A stretch of DNA of 64,000 nt from Candidatus Latescibacterota bacterium (lineage in GTDB: Bacteria > Latescibacterota > UBA2968 > GCA-2709665). The DNA lies in NCBI GenBank assembly GCA_965205485.1, contig OZ242180.1, positions 1,024,001 to 1,088,000 of the forward strand, given 5' to 3'. The translations under genes and the position numbers were made by a program. The notes under the pieces were generated by a model that was not told the origin of the DNA, searched no databases, and worked only from the letters and a program-made list of their open reading frames with translations. Positions 54,839 to 64,000 of the stretch are shown piece after piece; the stretch's first letter is position 1, and every line of letters begins with the position of its first letter.

Positions 54839-56695
54839 ATGGTTGAGACTCCACCGGAAGCGGGGATGAACTGGGACCTGTCGAGCTATTTCCCGGCGTT
54901 CAACGGGCCGGAGATGGCGAAGTTCAAGAACGCCCTGGAGAAGGATACGCGGGATTTGCTGGAGTTGGCGAGGGCTCTGGCGCCGCTGGACGAGGGTAAT
55001 GTTGAGACCTGGGAGGATATACTCCTCCGCAGCGAGGACCTGTTCACGCGGCTGCGTCACGTGGCCTCCTACGTGGGATGCTTGACGGCCGCTGACGCGC
55101 GAAACGAGGCCTATCTGAAGGAAGAGGCCGCGTTGACGCTGCAATACGCAGAGGCGACCAAGCTTCAGACGGAACTGCTGCGGGGATTGAAGACGGCGTC
55201 CGACGGCAGCTTCGAGGCGCTCACGCGCCGGGAGTCGCTTTCGGACGCCGGCTATCTGCTGGGGCGCATGCGCCGCGAGGCCCGCTATACCATGGACTCG
55301 GCGCGCGAGGCGCTGGCGGCCGACCTGAGGGTGGACGGTATCTCGGCGTGGGGCCGGCTTTACGATACCCTGTCCGGGAAGCTGGAATTCGAAATGCGGT
55401 TCCCCGACGGCCGGGAGGAAAAGGTGCCCATCTCCCAGCGGCGGTCGTTGATGGAAAATCCGGACCGGCAGGTCCGGCGGGCCGCGTTCGAGGGGGGGAA
55501 CGCCGCCTGGGAAAGCGTTGAAGACGTAGCGGCGGCAGCACTGAACGCGATATCCGGCACGCGGCTTACGATGAATCGCTACCGCGAGGTCCCGCATTTT
55601 CTCGAGGTGGCCCTGTTCCAGTCCGCGATTTCGCGGAAGACGCTGGACGCGATGTTCGACGCGATATTCTCCGAAATCGAGGTGGGGCGCCGCATCCAGC
55701 GGTTCAGGGCGAAGACAATGGGCCAGGAAATGGTGGCCTGGTACGATCTTGGCGCCCCGCTGCCCTTTCCCGATGTGTCGCCCATGGATTGGGATGAGGG
55801 GAAGTCCCTGGTACAGGGTGCGTTCGCCACGGCATATCCTGCGCTGGGAAGCTTTACCCAGGATATGTACGACAGGCGATGGATCGACTATGAGCCGCGT
55901 GCGGGAAAACGACCCGGCGGCTTTTGCACGGGATCCCCGATGATCTCCGAGTCACGGATATTCATGACGTACAACCGCACCATGGGCGACGCTTTGACGC
56001 TCGCGCACGAGGCGGGCCACGCGTTTCACAGCCACGTGATGCGCGATCTGCGGCCGTTTGCGAGACATTACCCGATGACGCTGGCGGAGTCCGCCTCGAC
56101 GTTCGCCGAGATGATCCTGGCCGACGGGGTCCTTTCGAACCCGGACGTGGACGACCTGCAGAGAGCGGTTGTCCTCGATTCGGAGGTGGGCCACGGGGGT
56201 ACCTATCTTCTGGATATTCCGGTCCGGTTCGAGTTCGAGAAGGCGCTTTACGAGGAGCGCGGCAACGGTGAGTTGAGCGTTTCTCAGTTGAAGGCGCTGA
56301 TGACGGAGAAGCAGCGCGAAGTACTCGGCGACGTGCTTCAGGAGGGGGAAGAGGACCCCTGGTTCTGGGCATCCAAGCTGCATTTCTACATAACGGGAGT
56401 CACGTTTTACAATTTCCCGTACACGTTCGGCTATCTGTTGAGTCGGGGGCTCTATGCCATGTTCCGGAAGGAGGGGCCGGACTTCCTGCCCCGGTATGAA
56501 AGCTTCCTTCGGTTGACCGGCAGTGACACTGCCGAGAACGTGGCGAGGCGCAGCCTCGGCAGCGACCTCGAAAAATCCGACTTCTGGGTGCAGGCGATCC
56601 GCAGCCTGGAGGAGCCGCTTTCGCGGCTCGAGGCGCTGTCGCCCCGCGTGTTGACCGTGGGGGATGACCAAACATCCTGCGGCGCCGGCGCGTAG
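54839..56695 (+). CDS. pepF: M3 family oligoendopeptidase (PepF-like)
   Basis: WDLSSYFP, GKRPGGFC, TLAHEAGHAFH (HExxH), AESASTFAE, WASKLHFY..FYNFPYTFGYL. Start 54839 or 54867. Confidence 0.92.
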   Translation: MVETPPEAGMNWDLSSYFPAFNGPEMAKFKNALEKDTRDLLELARALAPLDEGNVETWEDILLRSEDLFTRLRHVASYVGCLTAADARNEAYLKEEAALTLQYAEATKLQTELLRGLKTASDGSFEALTRRESLSDAGYLLGRMRREARYTMDSAREALAADLRVDGISAWGRLYDTLSGKLEFEMRFPDGREEKVPISQRRSLMENPDRQVRRAAFEGGNAAWESVEDVAAAALNAISGTRLTMNRYREVPHFLEVALFQSAISRKTLDAMFDAIFSEIEVGRRIQRFRAKTMGQEMVAWYDLGAPLPFPDVSPMDWDEGKSLVQGAFATAYPALGSFTQDMYDRRWIDYEPRAGKRPGGFCTGSPMISESRIFMTYNRTMGDALTLAHEAGHAFHSHVMRDLRPFARHYPMTLAESASTFAEMILADGVLSNPDVDDLQRAVVLDSEVGHGGTYLLDIPVRFEFEKALYEERGNGELSVSQLKALMTEKQREVLGDVLQEGEEDPWFWASKLHFYITGVTFYNFPYTFGYLLSRGLYAMFRKEGPDFLPRYESFLRLTGSDTAENVARRSLGSDLEKSDFWVQAIRSLEEPLSRLEALSPRVLTVGDDQTSCGAGA

Positions 56696-56767
56696 TCGGC
56701 GCCGTCGTTCCGCCGGGACAGATCGCAGGGGAGCGCTGGATATGGGAATAACAGGGAGGAAAAGGAG

Positions 56768-57754
56768 ATGGGCGAGAGCATCCGATGGGGTATCCTGAGC
56801 ACGGGGGCCATTGCGCGGTCTTTCGTGAAAGGCCTGAATGCGGTTCCGGACGCGGAACCGATCGCCGTGGGGTCACGGACCCAGCAGGCTGCCGATGCAT
56901 TCGGGGACGAATTCGGCATTCCTCGACGGCACCCCAGCTACGAGGCCCTGGCGAACGATCCGGACGTGGACGTCATCTACGTTGCAACGCCGCACTCGCT
57001 CCACAGAGAGAACAGTATCCTCTGTCTGCGCGCGGGCAAACCGGTACTGTGCGAGAAGCCGTTTTCGATCAATCGTCCTGAAGCCGCGGAAATCGTCGCG
57101 GCTGCCCGCGAGGAAGGGCTCTTTCTGATGGAGGCCATGTGGACGCGGTTCCTGCCGATCATGTATCAGGTGAGGCAATGGCTTGGCGACGGCGCCATCG
57201 GCGACGTCCGCATGGTTTCCGCGGACTTCGGGTTCGGGTCCCGTCCCGGCACGACGAAGTCCCGCCTTTATGATCCCGCCCTGGGCGGCGGGGCGCTCAT
57301 GGACGTGGGCATCTATTCGCTCTCGTTCGCCTCCATGGTTTACCGCCGCGTTCCGTCGAGGGTGATGAGTATGGGGCATATCGGCGAGCTGGAGGTGGAC
57401 GAACAGGCAGGGATGATGCTCGGATACGACGGGGGAGAGATGGCCATGCTGTTCACGTCCATTCAGTGCGGCACGTCTCACTGGGCGCACATTATGGGTA
57501 CTGAAGGGATCATCCGCATTCATCCGCCGTACTGGCGCGGAACGACCGCGACCCTGGTGCGAGACGGCAAGGAGGAGACCGTCGAACGCACGTATGATGG
57601 AAACGGGTACAACTGCCAGGCGGAAGCGGTCGGCCGTTACCTGCGCGAAGGGAAACTGGAAAGCCAGGAGATCCCGCTGGATGAGACCGTTGACATCATG
57701 GGGACGATGGATACGATCCGCGACCGGATCGGGCTGAAATTCCCGATGGAATGA
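56768..57754 (+). CDS. Gfo/Idh/MocA family oxidoreductase
   Basis: WGILSTGAIA, YVATPHSLH, VLCEKPF, LMEAMWTRF, GGGALMDVGIY. Confidence 0.92.
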   Translation: MGESIRWGILSTGAIARSFVKGLNAVPDAEPIAVGSRTQQAADAFGDEFGIPRRHPSYEALANDPDVDVIYVATPHSLHRENSILCLRAGKPVLCEKPFSINRPEAAEIVAAAREEGLFLMEAMWTRFLPIMYQVRQWLGDGAIGDVRMVSADFGFGSRPGTTKSRLYDPALGGGALMDVGIYSLSFASMVYRRVPSRVMSMGHIGELEVDEQAGMMLGYDGGEMAMLFTSIQCGTSHWAHIMGTEGIIRIHPPYWRGTTATLVRDGKEETVERTYDGNGYNCQAEAVGRYLREGKLESQEIPLDETVDIMGTMDTIRDRIGLKFPME

Positions 57755-57815
57755 TCCCGGGAAGATATTTGGGGACGGCACAGACAAGGATAGAATTCTA
57801 CCCACCCCCAAACGT

Positions 57816-58333
57816 CCCCTATTCCCTTGCCCTTTTTCTTGAAATCGCCCAAGAAAAAGGGCGAAAAAGAAGGGCGCCGCTCGGCGCGGGGCCGGTTTTT
57901 CCGTGAATCACTGCAGGGGCCCTTTCGTCGACCAGGTGACCTTCGCGCACCTGTAGAGTACCAGTATGACAGTGCGAAACGGGTTAACACGGAAAAACCC
58001 CCATCTCCACCACCGGACGGTCCTGAGGTGGAACCTTAACGATCGTCGCTCGGTTCTATCATTTGTACCGTCATTACCTGTCCGCTGATAACTCGCCCTC
58101 AAATGGGCACTCGATTGTCTAACGCGATGCCATTCCAGAGCACTTCCAGAGCAGGGCGCGTTGTTCCGTCCCGCTCGAATTTACGGTATCCTCCAGGGTT
58201 GGCAGGCCAGAGGATCCTGTGCATCCTGAAGGGTGATTCGCGCCATGCATATGGCAGGCCCCGCGCCCAGCGGCGACTTTTGGTTCCTTTTGGTCGCTTC
58301 AAAAGGAACACGCCGTAGGCAGGGAATTTGGGG
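57816..58333. other. Non-coding, highly self-complementary element (MITE-like non-autonomous element or structured RNA)
   Basis: Imperfect terminal inverted repeats, subterminal perfect hairpins (13 bp and 10 bp), an 18/19-bp long-range inverted repeat and several nested internal stems. No credible ORF. Confidence 0.6.
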
Positions 58334-58365
58334 AGATGTGGATTTTGAATTTGGTTCTGATCTTT

Positions 58366-58390
58366 GCTGATGGCTGACGGCTGATAGCTG
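58366..58390 (+). repeat. Short heptamer tandem repeat
   Basis: GCTGATG GCTGACG GCTGATA GCTG. Confidence 0.5.
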
Positions 58391-58448
58391 CTTTCTAACA
58401 TTGCGAAACATACTAATTATAGTATATCATTTTTAATATGGAGCCCCT

Positions 58449-59420
58449 ATGAAATACGGCCGCGTCGAAGGAATCGACAAACCGGTCTCGCGGCTGGTTC
58501 AGGGCACGTTGACGGTCTCGACGGACGATCTCGAGGCGAGCATCGGTCTTCTCGACGGGATTCGGGCGCTGGGCTGCAACAGTTTCGATACCGCACCGGT
58601 ATACGGTAACGGCAAAGCGGAGCGGGCGCTTGGCGCGTGGATGGAACGGCGAGGCAATCGAAGCGATGTATTCATCCTCAGCAAGGGCGGCCATCCCAAC
58701 GCGGACCGGGACCGCCGGGTGACCGTGTTCGACGTCGCCTCCGACCTGTTCGACTCTCTGGCCCGGCTCAGGACGGATTACATCGACCTCTACCTGCTTC
58801 ACCGGGACGATCCCGCGGTGCCGGTCGGGCCCCTCGTCGAGGCGCTCAACGAGCATATGTCCGAAGGACGCATTCACGCCTTTGGAGGGTCCAACTGGTC
58901 GGTGAATCGAATCCGTGAAGCGAACCGGTATGCGAGGAACCACGGCCTGATGCCGTTTGTGGCCAGCAGCCCGAATTTCAGCCTGGCCGTGCGCGTAAAG
59001 GAGGTCTGGGAGGGCTGTCTGAGCATTTCTGGTCCGCGAGGCGCCGGGGAAAGAGCGTGGTACCGGGAGTCGCAGATGCCCGTGTTTTCCTGGTCCAGCC
59101 TGGCACAGGGTTTTTTCTCCGGTCTCCTGACGCGCGAAAACATTGCCGGGATGGCGAAGGAAACGACGCACGGTTGTGTGCAGGTCTATGGGTACGAGGA
59201 GAACTTCACACGGCTGGAACGCGCGACCGAACTCGCCGGCGAGCGCGGAAAGACCGTGGCGCAGATCGCGCTGGCGTATCTCTTCAACCAGCCCCTGAAC
59301 GTCTTTACGGTGTCGGGCTGCAGGTCGGTCGAAGAAGGCCGCCTGAACCGGGAGGCGATGGATATCCGGCTGACGCCGGATGAACTGGATTGGCTGGACC
59401 TGCGGCAGGGGAGCCGGTGA
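58449..59420 (+). CDS. Aldo/keto reductase
   Basis: FDTAPVYG (catalytic D/Y), ILSKG, SLARLRTDYIDLYLLHRDD, GGSNW, WSSLAQG, AQIALAY. Confidence 0.93.
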   Translation: MKYGRVEGIDKPVSRLVQGTLTVSTDDLEASIGLLDGIRALGCNSFDTAPVYGNGKAERALGAWMERRGNRSDVFILSKGGHPNADRDRRVTVFDVASDLFDSLARLRTDYIDLYLLHRDDPAVPVGPLVEALNEHMSEGRIHAFGGSNWSVNRIREANRYARNHGLMPFVASSPNFSLAVRVKEVWEGCLSISGPRGAGERAWYRESQMPVFSWSSLAQGFFSGLLTRENIAGMAKETTHGCVQVYGYEENFTRLERATELAGERGKTVAQIALAYLFNQPLNVFTVSGCRSVEEGRLNREAMDIRLTPDELDWLDLRQGSR

Positions 59421-59574
59421 CGGATAACCTGCAACCGGAAACCGGTTTATTCGTCTAAACCCCCGGGATCGTTTTCGTGACGAAAGGCCGGCGGGGCGAT
59501 GGAGTATCCCTGCCTGTCTCACCGGGCGATACCGTGGCGATTCGCATAAACGCGTCTCATTCAACGCTTTGGGC

Positions 59575-59603
59575 TTGACTCGAATGCGCATTAGGACTAA
59601 ATA
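59575..59603 (+). promoter_or_regulatory. Possible sigma70 promoter for the REC-GDH/kinase operon
   Basis: TTGACT-N17-TAAATA, about 55 bp upstream of the ATG. Confidence 0.3.
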
Positions 59604-59656
59604 TCCGATGTACGCCCTCGCTCCTTGGAATCGCGCCATGCGCGGACGATATAACT

Positions 59657-61306
59657 ATGCCAGGCACAAACCTGAAAACGTTGTTGATTGAGGACAATCC
59701 GCTTCACAGCCGACTGATTCAGGAACTGCTTGCGGAATCCGAAGGCCCGGAATTCGAGGTGGATTCGGCGGGTACGCTCGCGGAAGGGCTGAACCGGCTG
59801 GCAGCGGACGGGTACGAATTGCTGCTGCTGGACCTGGTACTGCCGGACAGCGAGGACCTGGAGACATATCTTCGCGTGCGGGCCGCCTATCCGGAACTGA
59901 CCGTTGTGATCCTCTCCGGAATGGAGGACATCAAACTGGCGGCGCGGGCGGTTGAGGCGGGAGCGCAGGACTATCTGGTGAAAGCCCAATTGGACGGCCC
60001 ACTCCTGGTGAGGTCGATCCGTTACGCCGTGGAACGCAGCCGGGCGCAGCACGCCGAGTGGGAGTCGCCGATGTTCCGCCTGGCGCAGCAGCAGTTCCTG
60101 AAGGCTGCGCACCTGATGGAACTGGACGACAATATCCGGCAGCGTCTTCTGTTTCCGCAGAGAACTCACGTGGTCACCTTTCCGTTCCGGCGGGACGAGC
60201 ACGAATACGTGGAGACGGTTGCCGGCTACCGGATTCAACATCTGCTGACGATGGGGCCCACGAAGGGCGGCGTGCGCTACCATCACGACGTGAACCTTGG
60301 TGAAGTAACCGCCCTGGCCATGTGGATGACCTGGAAGTGCGCCCTGATGAACCTCCCGTTCGGCGGCGCTAAGGGCGGCGTTCGTATCGATCCAACCGTC
60401 CTCTCGCGCCGCGAACTCCAGCGCCTGACGCGCCGGTATACGTCGGAAATCATAGACGTTATCGGACCGCAGAAGGACATCCCGGCGCCGGACATGGGCA
60501 CGGACGAAAACGTGATGGCGTGGATGATGGACACCTACAGCCATCAGATGGGACATACCGTGCCTGCGGTCGTAACCGGCAAGCCGGTGGTGCTTGGGGG
60601 CTCCGAGGGACGCCGTGAAGCGACCGGACGGGGACTGGTGTATCTGGTCGAAGAGGCGGCCAGACACATTGGGATGGACTTGAACGGCGCGACCGCCGTC
60701 GTTCAGGGGTTCGGAAACGTGGGAAGCAGCGCGGCGAGATTCCTCGAGGCCTGTGGGGTCAGGGTGGTTGGCGTAAGCGACGTGACCACCGGCATTTACA
60801 ATCCCGACGGTCTGAACGTGGACTCGCTGTCGCGTCACGTGGACGAGAGCCGGGTCCTAGAAGGTTACGAAGGCGGGGACGCCGTGACCAACCGGGAGTT
60901 GCTGGAAATTCCCTGCGACGTCCTCGTTCCCGCGGCAATACAGAATCAGATCAACGCCGACAATGCAGATCGGATCTCGTGCAGAATCCTGGCCGAGGGC
61001 GCCAATGGGCCGACAACGCTTGAAGCGGATGAGATCCTGCAGGACAAAGAGGTGTTTATTCTGCCTGATGTACTCGGCAATGCCGGAGGGGTTACGGTTT
61101 CCTATTTCGAGTGGGTTCAGGACACGCAGAACTATGTGTGGACCCTCGAGGAGATCAATGATCGCCTCAGGCAGATTCTGCTCAACGCGTTCCTTAGAAC
61201 CATTCAACGGTCCGAACGCGATGGACTGGATATACGCACGGCAGCGCTGATCGAAGGAATTCACCGCGTAACTCAGGCGAAACTCCTGAGGGGCTTGTTT
61301 CCATAG
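59657..61306 (+). CDS. gdhA: Response-regulator receiver domain fused to glutamate dehydrogenase (Glu/Leu/Phe/Val DH family)
   Basis: aa 1-~128 REC: LIEDN, LLLDLVLPD, VILSG, GAQDYLVK. Remainder: GYRIQH..GPTKGGVRY, MTWKCAL..LPFGGAKGG, DIPAPDMGT, VTGKP..GGS.GR.EATGRG, QGFGNVG, EGANGP, NAGGVTVSYFEWVQ. Confidence 0.92.
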   Translation: MPGTNLKTLLIEDNPLHSRLIQELLAESEGPEFEVDSAGTLAEGLNRLAADGYELLLLDLVLPDSEDLETYLRVRAAYPELTVVILSGMEDIKLAARAVEAGAQDYLVKAQLDGPLLVRSIRYAVERSRAQHAEWESPMFRLAQQQFLKAAHLMELDDNIRQRLLFPQRTHVVTFPFRRDEHEYVETVAGYRIQHLLTMGPTKGGVRYHHDVNLGEVTALAMWMTWKCALMNLPFGGAKGGVRIDPTVLSRRELQRLTRRYTSEIIDVIGPQKDIPAPDMGTDENVMAWMMDTYSHQMGHTVPAVVTGKPVVLGGSEGRREATGRGLVYLVEEAARHIGMDLNGATAVVQGFGNVGSSAARFLEACGVRVVGVSDVTTGIYNPDGLNVDSLSRHVDESRVLEGYEGGDAVTNRELLEIPCDVLVPAAIQNQINADNADRISCRILAEGANGPTTLEADEILQDKEVFILPDVLGNAGGVTVSYFEWVQDTQNYVWTLEEINDRLRQILLNAFLRTIQRSERDGLDIRTAALIEGIHRVTQAKLLRGLFP

Positions 61307-61318
61307 GGTGCAATTGAA

Positions 61319-64000
61319 ATGGACGATTACGCAGACCCGCGTCTGGTGCGGATCGCCGCGATGGCCGCGCAAACGGCGAACCTGATCGTGGTCATGCTGT
61401 CTATTGTGGTATTTGCGGGATGGCTGGTCAGCGCACCCGTGGCCGAATGGATGTCTTTGTTGACGGCGGGCATGTTCGTGCTTACCGGCGTGGCGCTGTG
61501 GCTGCTGCGCAGCGGCAGGTCATCCGCGCGCAGGCAGTTCCTGGGGAAGGCAATCGGCGCGGTCGTCGTGGTCTTCGCGATCCTGGAACTCCTGGGCGCG
61601 GGACCCGTGTTTATCGGTTTCGGCGCGGGCGCCGGGCACATGCTGCGGAATGAAGCGTGTAACTTCGCGCTGATCGGCCTGGCGCTGCTTCTCTGGCATT
61701 TCAGGGTGCGGGGCGTCGCCTGGCCGGCGCAGACGTGTCTGTCTATCGCCTCGATCGTATCGTGCGGATATGCGGTCGGTCATTTCTACCTCACGCTGTC
61801 ACCGCGAGAAGTGACGTGGGACCTTCAAATGAGCGCCGTGACAACGCTCACCTTCGGGCTGTTGTGCATTGGCGTGTTTCTGTCCCGGCCGGACCTTGAA
61901 CCGACGACCACCATTGTCAGTTCGACGGCCGGCGGCTCGATGGCGCGCCGGCTGCTGCCGGCCGCTTTCCTGATTCCGCTCGCGCTGGGCTGGCTCTGGC
62001 CTCACGGGGAAGTGATACTGGGGTTCGAGTCCGGGATGTCGCTGTTCTCTCTGGGTGTAATCGTCGCGCTGAATATCCTGATCTGGTGGTACGCCCGGTC
62101 TCTCGCGTTTCTGGACTCCGAACGGCAGCGTTCGGAAACGGCGCTGCGTGAGAGTGAGGCCCGCCTCAAACTGGCTATGGAAGCCGCCCATATGGGGAGC
62201 TGGGACTCCAATTTACTGACCGGGGAACTGGTGTGGTCGGATCTGGTGGCGCCGCTGTTCGGCCTGAAACCCGAAGAATTCGCAGGCACGCGCGAGGCGT
62301 TCTATGAGCTCGTGCATCCCGAAGACCGGGAGATGGTCCGAAGCTCTGTGCGGCGCACGATTAAGGAAGGGGTGGGCTTTGAAGTCGAGCATCGGGTGGT
62401 CTGGCCGGACGGGAAGATACGATGGCTCGGCAACAAGGGTCGCATTTTCGGCGACAGGGCGGGGCAGTCCGTACATATGATTGGCACGGTACGGGACATC
62501 ACCCTGCGCAAGCGCGCTGAGATACAGCTTCAGGAAAAGAACCGGCAACTCGAAAACACGGCAGCCGCCGAACGTGAAGCGAACGAAGCGCTGAAGAAGA
62601 GCACCGTCGCACTGGAGCGTTCGGGCGCGGAACTGCAGAAAGCAAAAGACACCGCGGAAAAGGCGAATCGCGCAAAGAGCGAGTTTCTCGCCAATATGAG
62701 CCACGAGATCCGCACGCCGATGAACGGCATCATGGGCATGACGGAGTTGCTGGGCAACACGGAGCTGACGCCCCAACAGCGGGAGTATCTCAAGTTGAGC
62801 AGGCAGTCATCCGAAGCGCTGCTGGCGCTCCTAAACGATATCCTCGACTTTTCCAAGCTGGAAGTGAACAGGCTGGACCTGGAAGCCATCGGCTTCGACC
62901 TCCGGGATACGCTGGGGGATACCGTGCAGACCCTCGCGGTCAAGGCCACGCAGAAGGGGCTGGAGCTGGCGTGCCATATCGCTCCTGACGTTCCGGACCG
63001 GCTGGTTGGCGATCCCGGCCGTCTGAGGCAGATCGTGATCAATCTTGTGGACAATGCCATCAAGTTCACGGCGAAGGGCGACGTACTTGTTGACGTGAAA
63101 GTGGACGCCAGGGAGGAAGACACCTTACGTCTGAGGTTCTTTGTACGGGACACGGGAATCGGCATCGCACCCGAAGATCAGCAACCGATATTCGACTCCT
63201 TCAGCCAGGTCGACTCCTCCACTTCGAGGAGGTTCGGCGGCACGGGGCTGGGCCTGGCGATTTCATCTCAACTCGCCGCGATGATGGGCGGACGGATGTG
63301 GGTGGAAAGCGAACTGAGCAAGGGTAGTACGTTCTGTTTCACCGCGGTATTCGAAGCGCAGCCCCCGTTGGCGAAGCGGTCGGCGGCCGACCTGCAGACC
63401 CTCGTGGGTCTTCGCGCGCTGGTGGTGGACAACAACCGAACAAACCGGTTCATATTCGAGGAGATGCTGGGAACCTGGGGCATGGAGATTGATGTTGCGG
63501 ACTCGGGCCCGGCCGCGCTCGATGCGCTTCGGAAGGCCGGCGAAGCGGATAAGCCGTTCAACCTGTTTCTGCTGGATGCGGTGATGCCGGATATGGACGG
63601 GTTCGCGCTGGCGGAGCGCCTCAGGGAGGACCCCTCGGCGACGGCCGTGCCGATACTGATTCTCTCGTCGGCGGGAAGAACGCACGACGCCGTGCGATGC
63701 GACGCATTGGGGCTTGCCCGGTGTCTGACGAAGCCGGTCAAGCAGTCCGACCTGCTCGATGCCACGCTGGAAGCCCTGCAGGTGAGTGTTGTCCAAACCG
63801 TGGACGTTCCCGGAATACTGGAACCTGTACCGCCTGCCAACCGGCGTCGCGTCCTGTTGGCGGAGGACGGCCTCGTCAACCGGAAAGTAATCGTGGACCT
63901 GCTAGAGCCGCGCGGCCACCAGGTTACATCCGTCAACAATGGCAAGGAAGTGCTGGCGGCGCTGGAGAACGACGCATTCGATCTGATTCTCATGGACGTC
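61319..64000 (+). CDS. Membrane-bound hybrid sensor histidine kinase (multi-TM, PAS/PAC, HisKA, HATPase, REC, second REC); runs off the window edge
   Basis: Not in the ORF track because it has no stop in the window. My translation from ATG 61319 gives several TM helices, [31 protein letters not shown] (PAS), [60 protein letters not shown] ([14 protein letters not shown]) and a second REC (LLAEDG..DLILMDV). Confidence 0.93.
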   Translation, partial: MDDYADPRLVRIAAMAAQTANLIVVMLSIVVFAGWLVSAPVAEWMSLLTAGMFVLTGVALWLLRSGRSSARRQFLGKAIGAVVVVFAILELLGAGPVFIGFGAGAGHMLRNEACNFALIGLALLLWHFRVRGVAWPAQTCLSIASIVSCGYAVGHFYLTLSPREVTWDLQMSAVTTLTFGLLCIGVFLSRPDLEPTTTIVSSTAGGSMARRLLPAAFLIPLALGWLWPHGEVILGFESGMSLFSLGVIVALNILIWWYARSLAFLDSERQRSETALRESEARLKLAMEAAHMGSWDSNLLTGELVWSDLVAPLFGLKPEEFAGTREAFYELVHPEDREMVRSSVRRTIKEGVGFEVEHRVVWPDGKIRWLGNKGRIFGDRAGQSVHMIGTVRDITLRKRAEIQLQEKNRQLENTAAAEREANEALKKSTVALERSGAELQKAKDTAEKANRAKSEFLANMSHEIRTPMNGIMGMTELLGNTELTPQQREYLKLSRQSSEALLALLNDILDFSKLEVNRLDLEAIGFDLRDTLGDTVQTLAVKATQKGLELACHIAPDVPDRLVGDPGRLRQIVINLVDNAIKFTAKGDVLVDVKVDAREEDTLRLRFFVRDTGIGIAPEDQQPIFDSFSQVDSSTSRRFGGTGLGLAISSQLAAMMGGRMWVESELSKGSTFCFTAVFEAQPPLAKRSAADLQTLVGLRALVVDNNRTNRFIFEEMLGTWGMEIDVADSGPAALDALRKAGEADKPFNLFLLDAVMPDMDGFALAERLREDPSATAVPILILSSAGRTHDAVRCDALGLARCLTKPVKQSDLLDATLEALQVSVVQTVDVPGILEPVPPANRRRVLLAEDGLVNRKVIVDLLEPRGHQVTSVNNGKEVLAALENDAFDLILMDV

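Noticed and set aside
57960..58015. CTCCACCA resembling a tmRNA/tRNA 3' end within the structured element
   Set aside because: There is no TTCRA T-loop at the right spacing and no matching 5' acceptor strand. RNase P and group II intron domain V signatures are also absent.
1..64000. CRISPR array, prophage, integrase, IS transposase, rRNA or tRNA
   Set aside because: No regularly spaced repeats or hallmark genes were seen, and nearly all sequence is explained by the listed CDSs.

Overview
A GC-rich, gene-dense bacterial chromosome segment with no rRNA, tRNA, CRISPR array, integrase or transposase. All genes from 1 to 36818 are on the minus strand and all genes from 37510 to 64000 are on the plus strand, diverging from one ~690 bp control region. 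Gene content suggests an FCB-superphylum organism such as Latescibacterota or Gemmatimonadota; this is an inference from PorV-like, T9SS-CTD-like, GWxTD, DUF6785 and dockerin-like EF-hand modules. The left arm starts with an outer-membrane operon: OMP, TonB-dependent receptor, secreted protein with a T9SS-like C-terminal domain, PorV-like barrel, two Cys-less FGE-fold lipoproteins, TPR, CRTAC1/ASPIC and GWxTD. It continues with several heparinase II/III / DUF4962-type lyase homologues, Gfo/Idh/MocA dehydrogenases, a CNNM protein, an orphan DNA methyltransferase, an S55 peptidase, and a DUF6785 transporter with an M28-like partner. The right arm carries another lyase homologue, a GNAT/AAC(3)/MBL/AAC(3)-TIM cluster, many hydrolases and peptidases, and an acyl-CoA/PhyH operon. 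It ends with a receiver-domain-glutamate dehydrogenase fusion directly followed by a membrane hybrid histidine kinase. Most notable are: (1) the REC-GDH fusion plus kinase, a candidate phosphorelay-controlled GDH; (2) the SusD-less TonB/CTD-cargo/PorV/FGE-lipoprotein/GWxTD system next to polysaccharide lyases; (3) a ~520 bp highly self-complementary non-coding element at 57816-58333; (4) lyase paralogues lacking canonical catalytic residues; (5) an AAC(3)-degenerate TIM barrel fusion and nested REP-like palindromes. All family calls come from motif recognition by eye, not database searches.
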